This document shows positions 26,727 through 34,296 of a stretch of 64,000 bases of DNA, in pieces. The translations under genes and the position numbers were made by a program. Position 1 is the first letter of the stretch, and each line of letters begins with the position of its first letter. Under the pieces are notes generated by a model. The model saw only the letters and a list, made by a program, of their open reading frames with translations, searched no databases and was not told the origin of the DNA. This DNA is from a virus: IMG/VR virus record IMGVR_UViG_3300036790_000049, positions 885-64,884 of that record; one strand, written 5' to 3'.

Positions 26727-27637
26727 ACTTCCCTCCCGTTCTTGATGCCCGTGAGCACTCGTGACCACGCGTCGTGTCTCTGGTCACTTATGAGTGCGCT
26801 GCGAGTGTCATAGTAAGCCGTGTCAACCCATGTCTCGTTACGCCACGCACCGAACCTGCCAGTGCGCAGCACATAAGGATGGCAATTACAGTTGGTTGAT
26901 ATCGGTTTCCTGATGATTCGGATCGATGACCCGAATCCCATTCCCTCAATATTCGCGTGATCCAGTGCTCTCGAAACTGGCCACTCGGTCACCTCTATCC
27001 CGAAGATCCTAGAGCTACGAGACCATTCAACCGAGGGGTCCGCGTTAAAGATGATCGTGTCGTCTGGCTGTCCGGGGAAAATGGCTTCCGGGGTGACAGC
27101 TACCTGCACCGTCTCGAATGAATGACGCCGGTCACACAAGCTCCGTGCCGGTGCAGTGCAGACAACGAGCACGGCTGGGTCTCCAGCAATCGCATTCATC
27201 TCATACGAGGTGACCCACTTGTTCTCGATAGTATCCGAGTACAATTCCCAGAGCCGATCGTACGCTTCCGGGAATCGCCATGCGTGGTATCCAGGAGAGA
27301 GGATATCTCCGTTGATGTTGATGTTGATGTCGCCGTACATCTTGGTCCGGTAGTCCAGTATCGAACCACCGATGACTATCTGACGGATATAACCGTACGG
27401 GTGATCTACGGTGATCCCCGGAATTGCCCGTTGCAGGAGCAGAGGCCCCCGCTGCGGGGTCTTCACCTTCGGGGCTATGACCCGTACCGGATACCCGAGC
27501 CCGTACGCAGCATGCGCCGCAGCGAGCCCGGCAGGACCGCAGCCGATCACCACGACCGACTGAATCCGGCCGCGCACCGTCACCCCGGACCCTTCGGCAG
27601 TCGTGGCGTCCGCGCTCTCGTCGCTCACTCTGGCCAC
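26723..27637 (-). CDS. FAD-dependent oxidoreductase
   Basis: Rossmann VVVIGCGPAGLAAAHAA; C-terminal GRFGAW; ATGA overlap with the methyltransferase. Confidence 0.8.
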   Translation of the reverse strand: MARVSDESADATTAEGSGVTVRGRIQSVVVIGCGPAGLAAAHAAYGLGYPVRVIAPKVKTPQRGPLLLQRAIPGITVDHPYGYIRQIVIGGSILDYRTKMYGDINININGDILSPGYHAWRFPEAYDRLWELYSDTIENKWVTSYEMNAIAGDPAVLVVCTAPARSLCDRRHSFETVQVAVTPEAIFPGQPDDTIIFNADPSVEWSRSSRIFGIEVTEWPVSRALDHANIEGMGFGSSIRIIRKPISTNCNCHPYVLRTGRFGAWRNETWVDTAYYDTRSALISDQRHDAWSRVLTGIKNGREV

Positions 27638-28074
27638 GTCTCCATCTTGGAGATAGCACGGGTCCGCGAAGTAAGCGTGACGTGATGACCGCCTCCTGGA
27701 GTCCAGCTATGCAGGAGTTCATGCTCGTGCGGTTCCGGCAGGAAAAACGAGACCGAGTGACCGTCTCCGTACGTGGCGGTTACCTCCACTGACGCCACGG
27801 CTGCCGACAGGGCTCGAAGTTCCGAAGGTTCTGGAGGTACCGGCTCATTCGGCGGTACCGGCTCATTCGGCGGAACGTCGGGTACGCGGCCCCGAGCTTG
27901 CGTACGCGGGCCTGGCTTGCCCGGTGGTGGCCCGGGTACCGGCTGCATCGGTGCGCCTCTCTGCCGCTGCTGCCGTAGCCGCTGAATCTCGTCTCCGAAC
28001 GCACCGTCAACCGGAGCCGGACCCGTCACCACTTCCCCCGGCTCGTTCCCCGTCCCGGGTGACTGCTTGCTCAT
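27625..28074 (-). CDS. Pro-rich hypothetical protein
   Basis: GGAGCAGGAG RBS; PPNEPV tandem (18-bp duplication). Confidence 0.6.
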   Translation of the reverse strand: MSKQSPGTGNEPGEVVTGPAPVDGAFGDEIQRLRQQRQRGAPMQPVPGPPPGKPGPRTQARGRVPDVPPNEPVPPNEPVPPEPSELRALSAAVASVEVTATYGDGHSVSFFLPEPHEHELLHSWTPGGGHHVTLTSRTRAISKMETWPE

Positions 28075-28228
28075 TTTGCTCCTGCTCCCGGAGTACATAT
28101 CCGTTAAAGAATGCGCCGATCATCAGTCCGCGCAGGAATTTAACTGCTCTGGAGTATTCGTCGGGAATGCCGCGCAGCTTACGGTCTGCATAAGCATGCG
28201 CGGCATCCTCTAGTTGTTTCTGGTTCAC
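28007..28228 (-). CDS. hypothetical protein
   Basis: GTGA overlap with upstream gene. Confidence 0.45.
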   Translation of the reverse strand: MNQKQLEDAAHAYADRKLRGIPDEYSRAVKFLRGLMIGAFFNGYVLREQEQNEQAVTRDGERAGGSGDGSGSG

Positions 28229-28746
28229 TCCGCGTCGGGATCTTCCGGTTCTGACTCCGCGTGCGCGTGCTTTTCCTCCATGATCCCGGAGTTGTGCACC
28301 CGCATGTGCAGACCACGGTACGGACGCAACGCAGCACCGGCCTTGAGCTTGGTCTGGCCCTTGAGGATATCCGAGTGCCGTCCCGCGAGGTGCTTGATGA
28401 ACGTCGCGTCGTCCATGTCCTCGTGCGCCGCTACTACAGGGATCTGGTCGGCCGCGTCTTCGCCGTACGGGTCGCCCTCGTCTGTCTCCGGGTCCGGCTC
28501 GTCCTCGTCCCCTTCGGTGATCTCGCCATCGTCCGCGTCCGCCTCGTCCGCCTCGTCCGCGTCGTCTGGCTCGATCTCGTCAGGGTCGATCTCGTCATCG
28601 CCTTCGGCTTCCGCAGCCGCAGCTTCCGCAGCCGCCGCAGCCTTAGCCAGTTTCTTAGCTTTCTTTTCTTTCTTGGCCTTTTTGCGGGCCTTGCGTACGG
28701 CCTTCTCTTCCGCCGTCTCTTCGCGCTCGTCTTCGCCGTTAGTCAC
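28225..28746 (-). CDS. Lys-rich/acidic low-complexity protein with C-terminal His-rich motif
   Basis: GGAGGG RBS before GTG; KKAKKEKKAKK then Asp/Glu tract then FIKHLAGRH...HMRVH...HAH. Confidence 0.65.
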   Translation of the reverse strand: MTNGEDEREETAEEKAVRKARKKAKKEKKAKKLAKAAAAAEAAAAEAEGDDEIDPDEIEPDDADEADEADADDGEITEGDEDEPDPETDEGDPYGEDAADQIPVVAAHEDMDDATFIKHLAGRHSDILKGQTKLKAGAALRPYRGLHMRVHNSGIMEEKHAHAESEPEDPDAE

Positions 28747-28990
28747 GATGATTTCCCTCCTTGTCTGGTCCCTGCTTGTGATCGCAGGAACGGTATCCGG
28801 TGCGCGTCGTGCGGATTCCGATTCCGCCGCACAACTGGCAGGTATGCCTAGGCTCGTCACAGTCTTTGAGTTTCTTTCCTGGACAGCGCGGGCACACCCT
28901 CGGGTCACGCACGAGCGCACGCCGCTCCCGGAAATGGCGGAGTGGCGTGCGCTCGGAAATGCTGGTCTGCGATGCGTAATGCCTAGCCAC
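28739..28990 (-). CDS. zinc-finger protein
   Basis: CPRC...CQLC.G.G. Confidence 0.6.
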   Translation of the reverse strand: MARHYASQTSISERTPLRHFRERRALVRDPRVCPRCPGKKLKDCDEPRHTCQLCGGIGIRTTRTGYRSCDHKQGPDKEGNHRD

Positions 28991-28994
28991 CTCG

Positions 28995-29534
28995 TCAGTC
29001 CTCCAGGTAGACTAGGCACTTGTTCCGGATCGTGGCCTCAAGTGAGCTGCCTGCGTCGTGGGCACGCAGGTCGTCCTCGGAGAGTGAATGCGCGAACACG
29101 TCACGCAGGTACTTAAGCTCGGCGCGGTTGAACTTCTGGTCGGGCGGGCAGGCCACGCGGTTCTTGAGAGCCTGATATACCGGCAGCGACTTGATTACTT
29201 CTCGTGGAGACGACACGATGCCGAGCCCGAACATCATCTTCGGATCGGTTCGGTTGACCCGCTTCCGGACTTCCTTGGCGTGCCGTCGCAGCCACCGGAG
29301 AGCATTCTTGGCATGCTCGCGATCCATGTCCCGGATCTCTATATTCCGGAACTTCCTCGCCTCGCCGTCCCACGAATTCCAGTACACGTCCTGCATGAGG
29401 ATCTTGACGAATTCCTGCACGGCTAGCTCGGCCTGCACGTAGCGGCGTCCCGGACTTACCTCTCTCCGGTTGCGTCCCCACTCGCCCCACTCGTCCGCGA
29501 ATAGCGGGCCATCCCCGATGTCCTCTGTGTCCAT
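28995..29534 (-). CDS. hypothetical protein
   Basis: AGGGAGG RBS before ATG 29534. Confidence 0.7.
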   Translation of the reverse strand: MDTEDIGDGPLFADEWGEWGRNRREVSPGRRYVQAELAVQEFVKILMQDVYWNSWDGEARKFRNIEIRDMDREHAKNALRWLRRHAKEVRKRVNRTDPKMMFGLGIVSSPREVIKSLPVYQALKNRVACPPDQKFNRAELKYLRDVFAHSLSEDDLRAHDAGSSLEATIRNKCLVYLED

Positions 29535-29561
29535 GGTGATATCTACCTCCCTGTTCTCGCC

Positions 29562-29634
29562 GTGTGAGCGCGGCCGTCCCGGTTTTCCATGATCCCGGGA
29601 TCGCAAGGATGTCCCGGAACGGCCGCGCTCTCAC
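29562..29634 (-). terminator. long hairpin
   Basis: 12-bp perfect core GAGCGCGGCCGT / ACGGCCGCGCTC with imperfect extensions. Confidence 0.5.
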
Positions 29635-29700
29635 AAGCTAGCGGGCCTGGACCCCTAATTACAAGGGGGTTCCACAGGTTCCGCTAGTTCCGCTCGCTGC

Positions 29701-30297
29701 CTAGAAGGGATTGTCGTCCTTGCCCTTCTTGCCCTTCTTGCTCTTGGCCTTCTTGCTGGACTTGGCACCCGACACCTCGCCGGTCTTCTCGTCCCAGTCG
29801 TGCCCGGAATCCAGCGGCATATACTTGCGGACGCGGGCGGTGTACTCGCCCTCGTACTTCTCGCGCTTGATGACCATCCGGCAGCGAGCCGACTTGGTTC
29901 CGGGAACCCAGTTCTTGACCTTCTCGACCGGCTGGCCGACGTTGTCCTCGTCCCCGACGATCGTGCGTCCCTTGACGTCAGCGATCGTGAGGCCGAAGAG
30001 AGCGAGGAAAGGCTGGTACCGGAACGCGGCCTTGGGGGTGAACGTCACGTTGTCCCAGACTCCGAGACCGTTGTACACCGCCTCGTCCCCGGTGTTGCCC
30101 TGCGCCTCGACCAGAACCCTGAACATCGGGTTGTCGTTCTGCGAGATCGAGAACCAGAGGCGCTTGATCACGCCCGACAGGATCGTGCCGGACGAGGGGA
30201 TATCGCCGTCGTACTCGTTGAAATCTCCCCGGTCCTCGTACTCGACGTCCAGTTCCTTCTCGTTGAAAACGTCGTCGGAGAGCTTGAGCTTTGGCAT
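29701..30297 (-). CDS. SSB-like / DUF669-like single-stranded DNA-binding protein
   Basis: Follows Sak4-like ATPase; Y.G..P..G......I......S...NPM; C-terminal DDNPF tail. Confidence 0.6.
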   Translation of the reverse strand: MPKLKLSDDVFNEKELDVEYEDRGDFNEYDGDIPSSGTILSGVIKRLWFSISQNDNPMFRVLVEAQGNTGDEAVYNGLGVWDNVTFTPKAAFRYQPFLALFGLTIADVKGRTIVGDEDNVGQPVEKVKNWVPGTKSARCRMVIKREKYEGEYTARVRKYMPLDSGHDWDEKTGEVSGAKSSKKAKSKKGKKGKDDNPF

Positions 30298-30339
30298 GTG
30301 CGTGTTTCCTTGTCTCTCGTACCTCTGGATGGTTCCCTG

Positions 30340-31230
30340 TCAATTGCCCTTATCGGCCTTGGACTTCCGGGCCTTTGACCGTACTGCTGTCTTCTCTTCA
30401 CTCCTCTCTATGCTGGCTATAATCCGGGGCATCACCGACACATCGCCTTCCCGGATGTCGATGTACCGTGGCAGGCACATGAACCGGTCTTTGCACCACT
30501 GGTACGGTCCCCATGCCTCGGTCAGGATTCGGTGCACGGCCTTCTCGGAACGGTCTTTCTCGTTCTTGGCCGGTGCTATCCCGATGAACAGAACGACGTC
30601 CATCTGCGCGGTGACGTACCCGGAGATCGCGTAGTCCTTGCCTTGCAGATCTGGAATGTTGAGGTCTTCGCCTTCGGAGTCCTCGCGGTGCATCATCGTG
30701 GCCACAAAGATCGTGTTGATCTTCATGTCGATAATCCGGTCCACGAACCGCTTGAACATGTTCTGCCACTTCTGGTGATCCTGGATGGCAGGGATATCGA
30801 GATCGCGTGCCTCGTTATCCTCATTGGCCATCTGGAGAATCCACCGGATGAGCAGAACTTGCATCTTGGTGAGCGAGTCGATAATGAGCCAGTCAAACTC
30901 ACCTTGGTGTTCGTCGATCCAGTTTAGCCCGGCCTCGACATGATTCCAGTCCGGGCACCGGAGCACCTTGGCTGTGGACCCGAGCCGCTTGGCCGAGATG
31001 ACACCCTTCTCGGTTGACAGGAACACGGCACGCGGGGCCATCCCTGCCGTGCCGGTCTTCCACGACCCCGGATCACCGAAGATCATGATGTTGACCGACT
31101 CATTGAAACCTGTCAGTTCTTCCGGCGAGATGCGCGGCAGCTTGCGATCCGAGTTGCGGTCGATCGGTGCGCCCCGCTGCCGCGTGGGACGTTTCCGCAG
31201 CGTGACCGTCCCGCCGTCCTTAGCTGCCAT
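30340..31230 (-). CDS. AAA ATPase (Sak4-like / AAA_24)
   Basis: IMIFGDPGSWKT, LIIDSLT, IP.LQGK, AQMDVV. Confidence 0.75.
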   Translation of the reverse strand: MAAKDGGTVTLRKRPTRQRGAPIDRNSDRKLPRISPEELTGFNESVNIMIFGDPGSWKTGTAGMAPRAVFLSTEKGVISAKRLGSTAKVLRCPDWNHVEAGLNWIDEHQGEFDWLIIDSLTKMQVLLIRWILQMANEDNEARDLDIPAIQDHQKWQNMFKRFVDRIIDMKINTIFVATMMHREDSEGEDLNIPDLQGKDYAISGYVTAQMDVVLFIGIAPAKNEKDRSEKAVHRILTEAWGPYQWCKDRFMCLPRYIDIREGDVSVMPRIIASIERSEEKTAVRSKARKSKADKGN

Positions 31231-31597
31231 TGCTCTCTCCTGTAATCCTGGCGGCGGTATCGAAAGACGACTTGTAGCCGAATACCTGCAAGGCGTCCTT
31301 CTGGAAGTACAGCGTTCCGGCCTCTTCGCCGTTGGCCGGATCTGCCAGGATCACCTCTAGCGTGCCGTCGATGACCCGGCCGAACGATCCGAACACGATC
31401 GTATCCTGGCCACCGTCGTTGATCGCACCGCGCGGGCGCAGCCTAATCCAGTCGATCCTCCCTCCGCCGATCCCGGACGGGCGCGTACTCGTGCCCTCAA
31501 CAGCGTCGGCTTCGGCCCGGTTTCCTTCCCGTGCGAGCCGTGCTGCCACGTCCCGCTCGGCTTGCAGCTGGTCCCATTTGCCTTTCGGTTTAGGCAT
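31220..31597 (-). CDS. hypothetical protein
   Basis: GGAGGGAG RBS before ATG 31597. Confidence 0.6.
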   Translation of the reverse strand: MPKPKGKWDQLQAERDVAARLAREGNRAEADAVEGTSTRPSGIGGGRIDWIRLRPRGAINDGGQDTIVFGSFGRVIDGTLEVILADPANGEEAGTLYFQKDALQVFGYKSSFDTAARITGESNGS

Positions 31598-31811
31598 CCT
31601 TGCTCCCTCCGCGTAGCAGTGCGCCGAGCATACTCCGCCGCACCGACAGTTCGGTTGCCGGAATGCCACGAACCTGCGTTTCCGTGTATGCCCGCTCCCG
31701 GCTCTCACCGGCCGCGTACCGGGTAGCCTGCGCGTTGGTGGTCTTCCGCGCGAGCTTGGCCCGGCGTCTTGGGTTGCGCAGCGTACGCTTAAGAGTCTGG
31801 TGTCTGCTCAT
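31590..31811 (-). CDS. small basic hypothetical protein
   Basis: GGAGG RBS, ATGA overlap. Confidence 0.55.
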   Translation of the reverse strand: MSRHQTLKRTLRNPRRRAKLARKTTNAQATRYAAGESRERAYTETQVRGIPATELSVRRSMLGALLRGGSKDA

Positions 31812-32809
31812 GCACCCTCCGATGCCGATTTTCTGTGATCACTGTACGGGTCGCGGCGCGTGTACATCGCGTCCCGGTACGTCTCCCATCCCTTGTCGCC
31901 GTGCTCATGAAGCTGGCACATCTCAAAGAACGGGCATTGCCAATAGCAGGTCCAGTCCACGTTCTTGATGATTGGCAGCCTGCCCTTGCGGATCTCCCGC
32001 ATCCAAATTGCCTCGTCCTGGATCTTCTGCAATTGATGCCCGCGCTCACGCGGGCCGCGCTCGATGTCAAGCCGGACGAACAACGGGCTAGGCTGGACTT
32101 TAGAGATCGTGCCGTTCTTGTTGAGATACCGGCCGCGTGAGTCCTGCTCGCGCTCGTCCGGCATTCCCTTACGCAGGTAGTTGTACCGGATGCCTGCGAT
32201 CTGCTGGTTCTTTTTGAGAATGCCCTCGTCTTGCAGAACCGATGATGCGACCATCCAGTAAGTGCCTGCCTGGTCGTCCATTTCGAGATGCGCGGTCGAG
32301 ATCTGCTTGGCGGTCTTGTGCTCCATGAGCCAGACCTCACCCGTGTCAGCATCGTAGAACACGCCGTCGAATGTGCCCGCGAGCACCACGAGCACCTTGC
32401 CTGGCTTGTCCGGGTCGGGGATCTCGACCTGGAACGTCTGCTCGGTCTGGATAACATCCCACTTCTCGTCATAGTCGTACTTTTTGTAGTAGCCCATGAG
32501 CATTGCATCGCCGAGTGCCTTGGCATCCACGAATACGTCTTCCTGGAAATCGTCCGAGATCGCCGTTCGGATGTCCCGGATGTCATCCTGTACCCACTGA
32601 TCCCACGCCACGTCTAGCCGCAGTCCCCGGCGCTTACCGGGCCGGTACCACTGCGCGAGCGCTACGTGCACGCCGGTCCCGAACCACAGCGCGTTGGCCT
32701 GCTCATACCGGCCTACCAGACCCTCGCGGTACGACCACCACCATTTCTGGGGGCAGCGCCGGAACGTGGTGCGCTCGGAGTTTCGCAGTATCGGCGGTTC
32801 TTTGCTCAT
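31808..32809 (-). CDS. Cas4/RecB-family PD-(D/E)XK exonuclease
   Basis: SER..F.RCP, GTGVH.AL, GTFDGV...LMEHKT, Q...Y, C.WQCPF..MC Fe-S-type cysteines. Confidence 0.85.
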   Translation of the reverse strand: MSKEPPILRNSERTTFRRCPQKWWWSYREGLVGRYEQANALWFGTGVHVALAQWYRPGKRRGLRLDVAWDQWVQDDIRDIRTAISDDFQEDVFVDAKALGDAMLMGYYKKYDYDEKWDVIQTEQTFQVEIPDPDKPGKVLVVLAGTFDGVFYDADTGEVWLMEHKTAKQISTAHLEMDDQAGTYWMVASSVLQDEGILKKNQQIAGIRYNYLRKGMPDEREQDSRGRYLNKNGTISKVQPSPLFVRLDIERGPRERGHQLQKIQDEAIWMREIRKGRLPIIKNVDWTCYWQCPFFEMCQLHEHGDKGWETYRDAMYTRRDPYSDHRKSASEGA

Positions 32810-32994
32810 ACCGTGTCCTCTACCTGTAGCTCTATCTCAGACGCAAGAGGATATCCCCGCTCGCCCGAGCCTTCGCAAGGCTTCATAGCCTTGATCGCCT
32901 TGCTGTACCTGCGGTGGAATACCAGAAAAGACTTTTCGGTACGGCGGGTCTTCCGGCATACCGGGCACCGCTGCCACGTATTCCACGAACCCAT
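32806..32994 (-). CDS. small Zn-binding protein
   Basis: CPVC...H...CEGSG; ATGA overlaps on both sides. Confidence 0.6.
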   Translation of the reverse strand: MGSWNTWQRCPVCRKTRRTEKSFLVFHRRYSKAIKAMKPCEGSGERGYPLASEIELQVEDTV

Positions 32995-33416
32995 CAGTCT
33001 CTACCCTCCCCCGCATCGTCCGGAACTGGTGGAACCTCCGGAACTTCTGGGACTTGGGCAACGACTAGCTCGCCGTCGTCGTCAAGGTCAAGCGTGTACA
33101 CGCCGTGTGGATGACTATCCCACGACCAGCGGGAACGATGCGCTGCCGCGTTGACCGGGCAGTCAAAGAGGTGGCCGTCCCTTCGGCAGCGTGGCGGGTG
33201 CTGGATTGTCCACCCGTCGTCATCGAACTTGATGAGGTGGCCCTCGTCCGGGTCGGCCGGAATGATCCATCCCTGGTCTACGAGCGTACTCATCGCACCG
33301 AGGAATGACTGATGCCGCCGCTTGGATATGTTCGCCCACGGGTAGCGCGTGCCGAAGATGTCTTGCTGGTACTCGTGGAACAACTCCGCAAGTCGCTCCG
33401 CATCTGGCGTTGCCAA
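32994..33416 (-). CDS. hypothetical protein
   Basis: AGGGAGGAG RBS before TTG 33416. Confidence 0.55.
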   Translation of the reverse strand: MATPDAERLAELFHEYQQDIFGTRYPWANISKRRHQSFLGAMSTLVDQGWIIPADPDEGHLIKFDDDGWTIQHPPRCRRDGHLFDCPVNAAAHRSRWSWDSHPHGVYTLDLDDDGELVVAQVPEVPEVPPVPDDAGEGRD

Positions 33417-33451
33417 AGTAAAGGCTCCTCCCTGTTCTGCCCGTACATGCG

Positions 33452-33500
33452 GAAGCCGCCGCACGCGGGGTTCGAACTCTACCCCGGTACGGCGGCTTTC
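33452..33500 (-). terminator. hairpin after the Ala/Lys-rich gene
   Basis: GAAGCCGCCG ... CGGCGGCTTTC outer stem plus GGGG/CCCC inner stem. Confidence 0.55.
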
Positions 33501-33528
33501 GCTACGAGGATCGCGTATTGATCTTGGG

Positions 33529-34224
33529 TTAGTAGGGAGCGGGAGCGCTCGCCCTAGCGGAACCCTTGGAACCTCCAGAACCCTTGCCGACCTTCGCAGC
33601 CTTGGCCGCAGCCTTGGCCTTGCTTCCGGCAGGCGCGGGCGCGGGTGTGGCGGCAGACTTGGCCGCAGCCGGGGCAGACTTGGCCGCAGCGGTACGCGTA
33701 CGGCGCGCGGGTGCCGGGGCCGGGGTGGTGTCCTTCGGAGCCGCAGCGGCAGGCTTACGGCTCCGTGCGGCGGTTCCGGCAGTTCCGGAAGTTCCGGCCG
33801 CAGCCTTGGCAGCGCCACGAGTGGCGGAGCGGGTCGCCGTCCCCTTGGCTGCCGCTGCTGGCTTCGCAGCCTTGGCCGCAGCCTTCGCGGCCTCTGCCTT
33901 GGCCGCCGCCGCTTCCTCGCGTTCGGCGCGCTTGGCCTCGCGGTCGTTGGCCCGGTCGATCTTGGCCTGCTCGCGCTCCTGCGCCGCCGCCTGCCGCGCC
34001 GCGAGATCGGTCTGGTTGACGGACGACTTCTGGAAGAGCATCCGCATCGTGCCGCCCATCGCGACACCCTTCCGGAACGCGTCGATCGCGGGGTTGCTCA
34101 TGCCGTTGGTGACGCCGGTCTGGTCCTCGATCCAGTCGGCGAACCGGACCATCACGTGAGTGGCGTCCTTCTCGGCATACGCTGACAGCGGGTACTCGAT
34201 GACTTCGGCCTGCTTTTTGGCCAT
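33529..34224 (-). CDS. Ala/Lys-rich histone-H1-like putative DNA-binding protein
   Basis: Folded N-terminus then AAKA/PAAA low-complexity basic tail. Confidence 0.7.
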   Translation of the reverse strand: MAKKQAEVIEYPLSAYAEKDATHVMVRFADWIEDQTGVTNGMSNPAIDAFRKGVAMGGTMRMLFQKSSVNQTDLAARQAAAQEREQAKIDRANDREAKRAEREEAAAAKAEAAKAAAKAAKPAAAAKGTATRSATRGAAKAAAGTSGTAGTAARSRKPAAAAPKDTTPAPAPARRTRTAAAKSAPAAAKSAATPAPAPAGSKAKAAAKAAKVGKGSGGSKGSARASAPAPY

Positions 34225-34296
34225 GTTCCCTTGTCCTCCTCTGGTAGATGCTGGTCTCTGCTCCAGTGGAAACCGAGCCTACCCTGTCTGGGGGAG

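Noticed and set aside
31808-32809. Cas4-like gene as evidence of a CRISPR-Cas system
   Set aside because: Stand-alone Cas4/RecB nucleases next to Sak4/SSB are routine phage recombination genes; no cas1/cas2 or array.
33452-33500. GGGGTTCGAACTCTACCCC looks like a tRNA T-arm
   Set aside because: No acceptor stem, D-arm or anticodon arm around it; it is a single extended hairpin after a stop codon.
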